From an uncultured Gemmatimonadales bacterium (lineage in GTDB: Bacteria; Gemmatimonadota; Gemmatimonadetes; Gemmatimonadales; GWC2-71-9): a stretch of DNA of 64,000 bases. The notes below the pieces were generated by a model. That model saw nothing but the letters and a program-made list of their open reading frames with translations, was not told the DNA's origin and did not search any database. Shown here piece by piece: positions 8,465 to 16,798 of the stretch. Position numbers and translations under genes: made by a program. The stretch lies in assembly GCA_963697755.1 (NCBI GenBank), contig CAVOPE010000014.1:107817-171816 (forward strand), given 5' to 3'. Positions within the stretch are counted from its first letter, which is position 1, and every line of letters begins with the position of its first letter.

Positions 8465-9760
8465 ATGCTCCTCGGCCTCTCGCTCGGCGCGATCGCTGGA
8501 ATTGGCATCCTTGTCAACTTTGCGTACCAGTGGTACGTGCTGACGACGCTGGGACCGGGCCTGGCCACCGACGCGCTGTTCGCGGGGACGATCGTCCCGC
8601 AGCTGGTCTTGATCATCGCGAGCGGATCAATCAGCTACGTGCTGATTCCCCTGCTGGCGATCAAGGAGACGGAGGGCCGCGCACGGCTGGCCTGGACGTA
8701 TTTCCAGGTCATCGGTCTCACTTGTCTCGCGCTCGTGGCAGTCCTGATGCTCACTGCCGAATTCTGGGTACCGCTCACGGTGCCCGGGTTTCCGCCCGCC
8801 AACGCGGAATTGGCGGTACACCTGACCCGCATCCAGCTGCTGGCGACCGCCTTCACGGCGGTCACCGGGGTCGAGCTGGCGCTGCACCACGCCAAGAATC
8901 ATTTTCTGCGGGCGGAGAGTGCCGGCGTCGTGGCGTCCGTGGCAGGCCTCGGCTTCATCGTCTGGGGACTTCCCCGCATGGGCATAGAGGCCGGGGCCTG
9001 GGGCATCGTGATCCGGGCCATACTCCAGATGCTGCTTCTCGCGCCTGGGATGGGGGCGTATCGGGCTCCTCATTGGTCGGATCCCGGCCTCGCGCTTGGC
9101 ATTCGACGATCGGCGCCGCTCATCGGCGGCCAATTGTACTTCAAGAGCGACGCCATGTTCGATCGCTTTCTCGCGTCGCTGGCGCCGCCCGGCGCCTTGT
9201 CCCTCTATCACGTCTCCCAGCAGCTCTACGCGTCGGCCGCGATGGTCATGAACCGCGCGGTTGTGGCACCCGTAGTGCCAAGGCTGTCCCGGCTCGCGAG
9301 CGTGAACGACTGGCCGGAGTTCATCGCCCAGATCAACCGGCGACTGGTCGTGATGGTGGCTGTAACAGTCGCGATCTCCGTCGGCCTGGCGCTGCTCGGC
9401 CGGCCGGTTCTGGGTCTGATCTTCGGTCGAGGGGAGTTCACGGCGGACCGGGTGGCGCACCTCTGGTGGCTGCTGCTCCTCCTCTCGGGCGTGTGGGTGG
9501 GAGGACCGCTCGGTCAGATCCTGTCCACGTCCTTCTATGTCCAGGGTGACACGCGAACCCCGACTCGCGTCGGCATCGTTGGCTTCACCCTGGCCATCGG
9601 CCTCAAGCTGTTTGCCTTTCGGAGGTACGGGATCGAAGGGCTGGCCTTGGCCGCGAGTGCCTATTACGTGCTGAACGCGACAGCGTTGCTCATCCTCCTG
9701 CGTTGCAGGACTCGTCGGGTGCCGGGCTCGATGCCGCTCGAAGGGCTGGCCAGCCCGTGA
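8465..9760 (+). CDS. MurJ/MviN-family (MOP superfamily) polysaccharide flippase
   Basis: ORF 8465..9760, with about 12 hydrophobic segments. The MurJ-like central motif is RSAPLIGGQLYFKSDAMFDRFLASLAPPGALSLYHVSQQLYASAAMVMNRAVVAPVVPRLS. Position in a Wzy-type locus fits a Wzx role. Confidence 0.8.
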   Translation: MLLGLSLGAIAGIGILVNFAYQWYVLTTLGPGLATDALFAGTIVPQLVLIIASGSISYVLIPLLAIKETEGRARLAWTYFQVIGLTCLALVAVLMLTAEFWVPLTVPGFPPANAELAVHLTRIQLLATAFTAVTGVELALHHAKNHFLRAESAGVVASVAGLGFIVWGLPRMGIEAGAWGIVIRAILQMLLLAPGMGAYRAPHWSDPGLALGIRRSAPLIGGQLYFKSDAMFDRFLASLAPPGALSLYHVSQQLYASAAMVMNRAVVAPVVPRLSRLASVNDWPEFIAQINRRLVVMVAVTVAISVGLALLGRPVLGLIFGRGEFTADRVAHLWWLLLLLSGVWVGGPLGQILSTSFYVQGDTRTPTRVGIVGFTLAIGLKLFAFRRYGIEGLALAASAYYVLNATALLILLRCRTRRVPGSMPLEGLASP

Positions 9761-10704
9761 GCGCGCCCGTCGCCCTCGAGCGCGTCGGCTGCCCGCTCGG
9801 CTGCCCTAGCGACGACGAGCTCGTGATCACCGGCCGGGATCGGCTCCACGAGCTGCCGGGAGAATTCCGGGTGGTCCGCTGCCGGGGTTGCGGTCTCATG
9901 CGAACCGATCCTCGGCCAACGCTCGACGGGATCGACTTCTACTATCCCGCGGACTACCGGCCCTACCTCACGACGCGTGTTGGCACGACCCCAACCGCCA
10001 AGGTGCCCTCAAGCGGGCGAGTCCGCACCGCGATTCGGCGGCTGCTCAGGCCCGTGGCGCTTGAGCTGCCGCCGCTTCCGCCCGGCCGACTGCTCGAGAT
10101 TGGTTGCGGCTCGGGCGCCTTCTTGCACAGCATGGCCCAGAAGGGGTGGTCCGTCGATGGCATCGAGCGCTCTCCTGACGCCGGTGCCTCGGCGCAGGCA
10201 CTGGGCTACCCGGTGCACATCGGACCGCTTGAAACAGCCCCCGATCCTCCTGCTCCATACGATTTGGTCGTCGGCTGGATGGTGCTGGAACACCTGCACG
10301 AGCCGATCGCGACTCTGGAGAAGCTGGCCCGATGGAGCGCGACCGGGGCGTGGCTGGTGGCCTCGGTGCCCGATGCCGGCGCGCGGGAGTTCACCTGGTT
10401 CGGTGACGCTTGGTACGCGCTACACCTGCCGGGACACCTTTTTCACTATACGCCGCGCACATTAGGGCGAGTGCTGGAGCGTGGGGGATGGAAGCTCGAG
10501 CGCGTATACTGGCACGACAATCCGAACAATCTGCTGCTCAGCCTGCGCTATCTCTGGCTCGAGCGCGGGTGGTCCACCGGCGCCGACCTGCTGCAATCCG
10601 TCGCCGACGGGAAGCGGTTTCCCTGGGCGCGACTCTTCCTTGGCAAGCTCCTGGGCCGTCTGCGGTCCAGTGGGAGGATGACCATTTGGGCGCGACGGAT
10701 CTAG
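9757..10704 (+). CDS. class I SAM-dependent methyltransferase with N-terminal Cys4 zinc-ribbon
   Basis: Within ORF 9703..10704. GTG 9757 overlaps the flippase TGA. CPLGC...CRGCG zinc ribbon, then LLEIGCGSGAF (motif I) and YDLVVGWMVLEHL. Confidence 0.8.
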   Translation: MSAPVALERVGCPLGCPSDDELVITGRDRLHELPGEFRVVRCRGCGLMRTDPRPTLDGIDFYYPADYRPYLTTRVGTTPTAKVPSSGRVRTAIRRLLRPVALELPPLPPGRLLEIGCGSGAFLHSMAQKGWSVDGIERSPDAGASAQALGYPVHIGPLETAPDPPAPYDLVVGWMVLEHLHEPIATLEKLARWSATGAWLVASVPDAGAREFTWFGDAWYALHLPGHLFHYTPRTLGRVLERGGWKLERVYWHDNPNNLLLSLRYLWLERGWSTGADLLQSVADGKRFPWARLFLGKLLGRLRSSGRMTIWARRI

Positions 10705-10757
10705 AACGCTCAGCCGTAGCACCTGACGCCCGGCCCGGCGCGCCGTCCCGGCCGTTC

Positions 10758-11804
10758 TTGGTCGGCTGGCGCCCGACCTGCAGTGACCCCAAGGTCGCTA
10801 GTGTCCGGATCCGCTGCCTCAACCCGCTGGGCGAGTTGCATCGGCAGAACTACCCCGTCGAACTGTACCAGGCCGCTCGGCGAAGCTCGTATGCGGCAGT
10901 GATCTTCTCCAAGGTTTACGACGAAGCCACCCAGGCCGAAGCGGACAAACTTCGGTCCTCTGGGGCAAGGGTCGTGCTGGATCTGTGCGACAATCACTTC
11001 CTTGATGCCTCGGGAGCGGAAGTTGTCCGCAAGGCGTCGATCCGGCTACGCCGGATGGTCGAACTGGCCGACGAGTTCGTGGCGTCCACCGATGCGATGG
11101 CAGAGGTGCTGCGGCAGGAGGCCGGCGGGCAGAGGCCGGTGACAGTAATCGGCGATGCGGTGGAGACGAGCATCGACAGCGTCCGGAGTGCCCCATGGCA
11201 CGAATGGCTCGCACGGCGACGCCTGCGGGCGCTCACCGAGCGACTGGCGGTCCAATCGGTCTCGCGGCTGGTCTGGTTCGGCTCGCATGGGGGGCCATCG
11301 GGCGACCATGGCATGGCCGATCTGGAGACGATCCGCCCACTGCTGGAATCGCTCCATCAGGAGCGCCCGCTGAGTCTCACGGTCATCAGCAACTCGGCAG
11401 AGAAGTTCGACCGGCTCATTCGGCCGTGGCGCTTGCCCACCGAGTACCTCGAGTGGAGTCCGATCACTTTTCTGTCGGCGCTCCGCTTGCACGAGATCGC
11501 GGTTATCCCGATTCGGCAGACCCCCTTCACTCGCTGTAAGACCAACAATCGCCTGGTCACGGCCCTGGCCGCCGGGCTCGCGGTGGTGGCGAGCTCGATT
11601 CCGAGCTATCTGCCGTTTGCCTCGACCTGTACGCTCGACGACTGGTCCGGAGGGCTTCGACGATACATCCTCGACCCGGAGTCCCGGCGCCGCGCGGTGG
11701 CGGCGGGGCAGGCCCTGGTGCAGCGGGAGTGGACCCTCCCGGTGATCGCGGATCACTGGCGGCACTATTTTGACGGCTTTCGCGAGAGGGCACCGCAGCG
11801 CTGA
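10758..11804 (+). CDS. putative glycosyltransferase (GT-B-like, family not assigned)
   Basis: Within ORF 10410..11804, whose first third overlaps the previous gene. Coding begins about VRIRCLNP. The C-terminal half (LVWFGSHGG..., TRCKTNNRLVTALAAGLAVVASSIPSY) looks like a GT-B nucleotide-sugar binding half. TTG 10758 is the nearest in-frame start; start uncertain. Confidence 0.5.
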   Translation: MVGWRPTCSDPKVASVRIRCLNPLGELHRQNYPVELYQAARRSSYAAVIFSKVYDEATQAEADKLRSSGARVVLDLCDNHFLDASGAEVVRKASIRLRRMVELADEFVASTDAMAEVLRQEAGGQRPVTVIGDAVETSIDSVRSAPWHEWLARRRLRALTERLAVQSVSRLVWFGSHGGPSGDHGMADLETIRPLLESLHQERPLSLTVISNSAEKFDRLIRPWRLPTEYLEWSPITFLSALRLHEIAVIPIRQTPFTRCKTNNRLVTALAAGLAVVASSIPSYLPFASTCTLDDWSGGLRRYILDPESRRRAVAAGQALVQREWTLPVIADHWRHYFDGFRERAPQR

Positions 11805-12044
11805 TTCCGCCAGTGCGGGCATGATGGAGCGCCGCGTGGAGCGCTGTTCGAGTGGTTCAGACGGCAGCCCGGTCCTGAGGGCGACGAGAGCTCCCATGGG
11901 GGCCGGCTCGCTGAAGGACGCCGCGGATGTCCGGGAGCGACGCACTCGCTACTTCAGCACGAGGGACAAGCGATCGTGCCAGGTGCAGCCGCCCAGCTTC
12001 TGATTCGAAGTCGGTCACGAGCGTTGTATGGTTTTCTCGAGCGG

Positions 12045-12782
12045 ATGTCATTCGCCCGACGGGCCCTGGCGTCTCTCGGAGCCAACCGGCGGTTCCGGCA
12101 GACTCATCCCCGAGTTGCCGTCCCCCCCTTGCGACTGCTTTGGGACGCGCAGTCCTACACGGACTACCAGCGGTACTGGGACTCGGGGCGGACGAGCGCC
12201 GAATACTACTGGGACCTGATCCGGACCAGACTTCCTGCTTCCCCTGGCGAGCCGATCCGCGTGTGCGAATGGGGGTGCGGACCTGCTCGAATAATCCGAC
12301 ACTTCCCTGACCTCTGCGTCGGCTACCCGGCGACGATCCTTGCCACCGACTACAACGCCGCGTCGATCCGATGGTGCAAGGCCCACATTGCCGGTGTGAG
12401 CTTCCATCACAACGATCTGGCGCCTCCTCTCCCGTTCGAACGCGGGCAGCTCGACGCGCTCTACTGCCGCTCCGTGTTCACCCATCTGTCCGAAGAAATG
12501 CACTACCGCTGGATCGAGGAGCTCGGACGGGTCGTTCGGGCCGGAGGGTTGATTGTTTTGTCGACTCAGGGCGCCGCTCATGCGAGCCGTCTTCTGCCCG
12601 AGGAGCGCGAACAATATGATCGAGGCGAGCTGGTCGTGCGACAACTCGCGCAGGAGGGTAAGCTGTTTTTCGCTGCATTTCACAATCCGGCCTTTGTCCG
12701 GGGGAGGCTCCTGGCCGGCATGCGCGTGGAGGAGCATCAGGAAGGTCGCAATACGCAGGATGTCTGGGTGGTACGTCGTTAG
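12045..12782 (+). CDS. class I SAM-dependent methyltransferase
   Basis: Within ORF 11976..12782. ATG 12045. Motif I VCEWGCGPARI, then LDALYCRSVFTHLSEE and VVRAGGLIVLS. Confidence 0.7.
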   Translation: MSFARRALASLGANRRFRQTHPRVAVPPLRLLWDAQSYTDYQRYWDSGRTSAEYYWDLIRTRLPASPGEPIRVCEWGCGPARIIRHFPDLCVGYPATILATDYNAASIRWCKAHIAGVSFHHNDLAPPLPFERGQLDALYCRSVFTHLSEEMHYRWIEELGRVVRAGGLIVLSTQGAAHASRLLPEEREQYDRGELVVRQLAQEGKLFFAAFHNPAFVRGRLLAGMRVEEHQEGRNTQDVWVVRR

Positions 12783-12947
12783 CCTGAGGCTGCTTGTCAA
12801 TTGCGGCACACTCGGAGGACGTGTGTCGCATTCCGGGTCGCTTGGAAGCCCATTTTGCCCCTAGCGGGGGCCGAATCTCACCGTAGCATCCAAAGCATGC
12901 CAGGTCCCCTGGAAGGCATCTCCGGCTGTGACGCAGGAGCTACGCGC

Positions 12948-12971
12948 GAAGTCACTATAGAAGTCACTATA
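12948..12971. repeat. perfect tandem duplication of a 12-mer (GAAGTCACTATA x2)
   Basis: Read directly: gcGAAGTCACTATAGAAGTCACTATAacgg, 42 nt upstream of the GTG (13013) of the TolB-like gene, in an AT-richer intergenic region. Confidence 0.9.
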
Positions 12972-13012
12972 ACGGACCTTGCCGCTGGTCGAGGCGAGGA
13001 AGAGGCATCGGC

Positions 13013-14098
13013 GTGGGATCACTGCCATTGAGGCTCGAGGAGCTTGTTAAGACTCGCATTGCGGAGGTCGCCGCCACCCTCCTCGGTATCCTCGCGTTGA
13101 CCGCTTGCGGCGCTGAGACAGGTCCGCCCGAGCCCCTCCCCAAACCCGACATCCTCGACAACCAGATCGTGTTCGCGTCCGATCGCGGCGGACACAAAGA
13201 GATCTACGTCACGAATCCCGACGGATCCGGCGTCATCAAGCTGTTGGACAGCCCCACCGGCGACCTCAATCCGGTGCCGTCGCCGGACGGGACCCGAGTC
13301 GCCTTCTTCCGTCATGTCGACACCGTCATCCTCCTGCAGATCATGAACACCGACGGTAGCAACCTGATCAGCACCTACTTTCGGACAGACGACGCCACCT
13401 GGTCGCCCGACGGCTCCCGGCTGGCGATGCTGGTAACCGATGCTCGCGGGATTTGGTTCACACCCAAAGTCGTCGATCGGACGGGCTCCGTGGTGTCCGC
13501 GCTCGATCTCTCTGCCTGCGGCGGCACCAGTCCGTCCTGGTCACCCGAGGGGTCCCGCTTGGCATACGTGCTTTGCCCCTCTGGCGCGGTTTACGTGCGT
13601 GACGTCGCCGCCGGCACCACAACCACGCCTGTGCCCGATTCCGAGATTGACGATGACGCCTATCTTCCCGCCTGGTCGCCTGACGGGGCGGCGATCGCCT
13701 TCGCAATCCGCGTCGACGACCCGGACCGGACTGGCATTTTCGTGGTCGGGCCGGACGGAAGTGGCCTCACCAGACTGGCGCCCGACTCCGCGGTCCGGAC
13801 GCTGCGATGGTCCCCAGACGGCTCCAAACTGGCGTTCGTCTCGGGTGCCGGCGGGGACAACGAGGTGTATGTGATAAACCCCGACGGGGCAGGACGGTTG
13901 AACCTCACGCAGAATCCCGCTGACGACAGTCACGTGACCTGGGCCCCGAGCGGCACCCGACTGGCATTCCAGAGCGACCGCACTGGCAATCGCGAGATCT
14001 TCGAGATGGATGTCGACGGCACGCACGTGGCCAACCTCACCAATAGCCCGGCGGACGATGCCGAGCTGGCCTGGAGTTCGGCCAGGGTCGCCCCATAG
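13013..14098 (+). CDS. TolB-like beta-propeller lipoprotein (PD40/WD40-like repeats)
   Basis: ORF 13013..14098. Lipobox-like LALTAC. Repeated SPDG/WSPDG blades (VPSPDGTRVAF, TWSPDGSRLAM, SWSPEGSRLAY, AWSPDGAAIAF, RWSPDGSKLAF, TWAPSGTRLAF) with IYV..PDGSG linkers. Confidence 0.8.
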   Translation: MGSLPLRLEELVKTRIAEVAATLLGILALTACGAETGPPEPLPKPDILDNQIVFASDRGGHKEIYVTNPDGSGVIKLLDSPTGDLNPVPSPDGTRVAFFRHVDTVILLQIMNTDGSNLISTYFRTDDATWSPDGSRLAMLVTDARGIWFTPKVVDRTGSVVSALDLSACGGTSPSWSPEGSRLAYVLCPSGAVYVRDVAAGTTTTPVPDSEIDDDAYLPAWSPDGAAIAFAIRVDDPDRTGIFVVGPDGSGLTRLAPDSAVRTLRWSPDGSKLAFVSGAGGDNEVYVINPDGAGRLNLTQNPADDSHVTWAPSGTRLAFQSDRTGNREIFEMDVDGTHVANLTNSPADDAELAWSSARVAP

Positions 14099-14104
14099 CG
14101 GAGC

Positions 14105-15745
14105 ATGAACGCGGACGGTCCTGGCGCTGCCGCGGGCGCTGGCGCGCAGGACCGGACCAAGGTTGTTTTCAGCGCGTCGCGGAGGCCGGCGACACCACTG
14201 ACCAGGGGGCATGTGCAACATTTTTTCGACTGGGCCAGGGGAGCCGTTCGGAGCGAGGAACCCTGGCTGATTCTCGGTAAAGGACCGAGCTTTTCGCAGC
14301 GCGATCTTTACGACCTCTCGGGCTACCGACTGTTGAGCCTGAACCACGTCGTGCGCGAGCTGCCGGTCGCGCTGGCGCACATGATCGATCTGGATGTCGC
14401 GGACGCGTGCGCCGAGGCGCTGGGCGAGAACGCCGAGTTCTTGGTGATGCCGTGGTATCCGCATGTCAGGAACCGCGCTGGCAGCGAGAGCCTGGCGGAG
14501 CTGGTCCCGAAGTTCCCCGGCCTCCGGCGTCTGGAGGCCGAGGGCCGGCTCCTATGGTATGACCTGAGCACGTCACCGGTCCGCCACGGCCCGGGCCCGG
14601 TTGTGCAGGCGACCTATTTTAGCGCCGAGGCGGCGCTGAGCCTCCTGGCTTTGGCCGGGGCCCGGCGGGTCCGCTCGCTCGGCGTGGACGGGGGTAACGC
14701 ATACAGCCAAGCGTTCGACGACCTCAAGGACAAAACGCTGCTGGCCAACGGCCGGCCGAACTTCAACCTGCAGTTCAAGGGACTGGCCAGGACCATCATG
14801 AGCACAGGTGTGGACTACGCTCCGCTCGACGTCGAGAGCCCGATTCGAGTGTACGTCGGCAGCCAGGAAGCCCAGATGCTGCCGGTGAAAGTGCTCGAAT
14901 ACTCGATCCGCAAGCACGCCAGCATGACGGTCGAGGTCTTTCCGCTGCATCAGGCCCACGTCGACTTCTCGATGCCCGCCGCGGTCGAGAACCGTCCGCG
15001 CACGCCGTTCTCATTCCAGCGGTTCTACATCCCGCAGCTCGCCGGATTTCGCGGGCGGGCGATCTACGTCGACTCGGACATGCAGGTCTTTCAGGACATC
15101 CGGAAGCTGTGGACGCTGCCGTTCGAGGGAGCCGACCTCCTGGCCGCGCGCGAAGCGGGCGAGAGCGGCCGTAAACCGCAGTTCAGCGTCATGCTGCTCG
15201 ATTGCGCGGCCCTCCGGTGGGATCTGAACGACATCGTAGCGCGGCTGGATCGCGGCGAGCTGACCTACGAGACCCTCATGTACGAGATGAAGGTCGCTCG
15301 GAGCATCCGGGCGGGCATCGACCCGACCTGGAACTCGCTTGAGCGCTATGAGGATGGCCGCACGGCCCTCCTTCATTACACCGACATGATGACACAGCCC
15401 TGGATCTCCCAGAACAATCCCCTGGGGTATCTCTGGGTGCGTGACCTGATCGGGGCGGTCGATGCGGGCGCAATCACCCGCGCCTTCGTCGAGGAGCACG
15501 TGCGCGAGGGCAACGTCCGCCCCACGCTGCTCTATCAGCTGGACCACCGGGTGGAAGAGACGGCACTCCTGCCCAAGGTCGCCCGAGAGCTCGACGACGC
15601 GTTCGTCCCTCCCTACCGGAAGATGGGGGCGCATGCCGGCACCCGACTGGGGCGCCTGGGACGCGTGCGCGCCATCCTGCGGCACGTCTACCAGCGGAGC
15701 CCACTCTTCCGCATCGAGCGAAAGCTGCGAGCGCCGGACAATTGA
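14105..15745 (+). CDS. two-domain protein: N-terminal DUF115/MptE-like domain fused to a C-terminal GT8 glycosyltransferase
   Basis: ORF 14105..15745. The C-terminal half has a GT8 look (IRVYVGSQEAQMLPVKVLEYSI, FSFQRFYIPQLAGFRGRAIYVDSDMQVFQDIRKLW with a DxD, and LHYTDMMTQPW). The N-terminal about 230 aa has LILGKGPSF ... HMIDLD ... SLGVDGGNAY, a pattern I associate with DUF115/Maf-type domains. That assignment is from memory only. Confidence 0.7.
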   Translation: MNADGPGAAAGAGAQDRTKVVFSASRRPATPLTRGHVQHFFDWARGAVRSEEPWLILGKGPSFSQRDLYDLSGYRLLSLNHVVRELPVALAHMIDLDVADACAEALGENAEFLVMPWYPHVRNRAGSESLAELVPKFPGLRRLEAEGRLLWYDLSTSPVRHGPGPVVQATYFSAEAALSLLALAGARRVRSLGVDGGNAYSQAFDDLKDKTLLANGRPNFNLQFKGLARTIMSTGVDYAPLDVESPIRVYVGSQEAQMLPVKVLEYSIRKHASMTVEVFPLHQAHVDFSMPAAVENRPRTPFSFQRFYIPQLAGFRGRAIYVDSDMQVFQDIRKLWTLPFEGADLLAAREAGESGRKPQFSVMLLDCAALRWDLNDIVARLDRGELTYETLMYEMKVARSIRAGIDPTWNSLERYEDGRTALLHYTDMMTQPWISQNNPLGYLWVRDLIGAVDAGAITRAFVEEHVREGNVRPTLLYQLDHRVEETALLPKVARELDDAFVPPYRKMGAHAGTRLGRLGRVRAILRHVYQRSPLFRIERKLRAPDN

Positions 15746-16797
15746 TCCCGCCGCCGCGCAAGCGCCGCCGATGGCCGGCGGAGTGGACCCTAACTGTCGG
15801 CCTGATGGCTTGTCTCGGGACGCATCCGTATCAGGCTCCCCGGATCAGCCGGAACCCAAGCCTTGGCGAAGGGATGGTAGTCGACGGCGGCGGCTTCCGC
15901 GCCGCGCGTGGGTCTTGGCTGGAGCTGCGAGCGCCCGCGGGCGCGAACGGCGGCCAGGTGACCATCAAGTCCAACCTCTCCGCGGGCTGCTCGCTCTGGT
16001 CGTGGGTGTGGAACGACTTCGAGTTCGTCAACGTGCACGACTACGGCCGCCAGATCCAGACGGCCTTCGTGAGCGACCGCGGCGCGGCCCACGAAGCCAA
16101 CCCGACCGAGGCCGGCAGCCGCTTCTCGGCTTGGCCCGGCTCGCACAAGGGCTCGCCATGCGTGCGGGCCGCCAACGTGCTGCCCGCGACGCAGGTGACC
16201 TCTGCTTCGCCCTTCGAATACGAGCCGACGCGGTGGGGTGGCGGCTACCGGCGGCCGTTCCTCTGGAAGGACGTTCGCATAGGCAAGGAGATCACCCTCG
16301 ACTACCTCGGGCTCGGCCCGGTGGCCCGCTACGCCAGCCTCGTGACCGTGCCGGCGGACGTGCCGAGCTCGGGTGTGGAGATTCCCTCCGTCTACCTGCA
16401 TGCCAGCCTCCGCCGGTTCTACGGCTACGACGCCGCCACGCGGACGTTGTCGCTCCAGGATCCGGCGACCGTCGAAGGCGGGACGCTGCCGCCGTCGGGC
16501 TACGGCGGAGTCATCGCATCCACTCCGGACGGGTCGCGGGCGTTCGGCCAGTACGGCGTCGTGGACTCGCTCGGCGGCTCGGTGACTCCCGCTGCTGGCG
16601 GATTCAGCTACTTCCTGTTCCCGGACCCGACCGACACCCTCGGACCCGCGGCCAACGCGACGGCCAAGATCCGCGCGCTCCACGGCGGGCTCGTGCGCGG
16701 GGAAAATCGGATGACCACCTACCTGATGAGCGGGACCCTCGCCGAGGTCACGGCGCTGATGGACAGCCTGTACGCGCACCGGGAAGTGGCGCGCTGA
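15742..16797 (+). CDS. hypothetical protein (possible lipoprotein), no family recognised
   Basis: ORF 15742..16797. TTG 15742 overlaps the preceding TGA (TTGA). N-terminus RKRRRWPAEWTLTVGLMACLG is signal/lipobox-like. Alternative ATG at 15874. High GC3 throughout supports coding. Confidence 0.55.
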   Translation: MIPPPRKRRRWPAEWTLTVGLMACLGTHPYQAPRISRNPSLGEGMVVDGGGFRAARGSWLELRAPAGANGGQVTIKSNLSAGCSLWSWVWNDFEFVNVHDYGRQIQTAFVSDRGAAHEANPTEAGSRFSAWPGSHKGSPCVRAANVLPATQVTSASPFEYEPTRWGGGYRRPFLWKDVRIGKEITLDYLGLGPVARYASLVTVPADVPSSGVEIPSVYLHASLRRFYGYDAATRTLSLQDPATVEGGTLPPSGYGGVIASTPDGSRAFGQYGVVDSLGGSVTPAAGGFSYFLFPDPTDTLGPAANATAKIRALHGGLVRGENRMTTYLMSGTLAEVTALMDSLYAHREVAR

Positions 16798-16798
16798 G

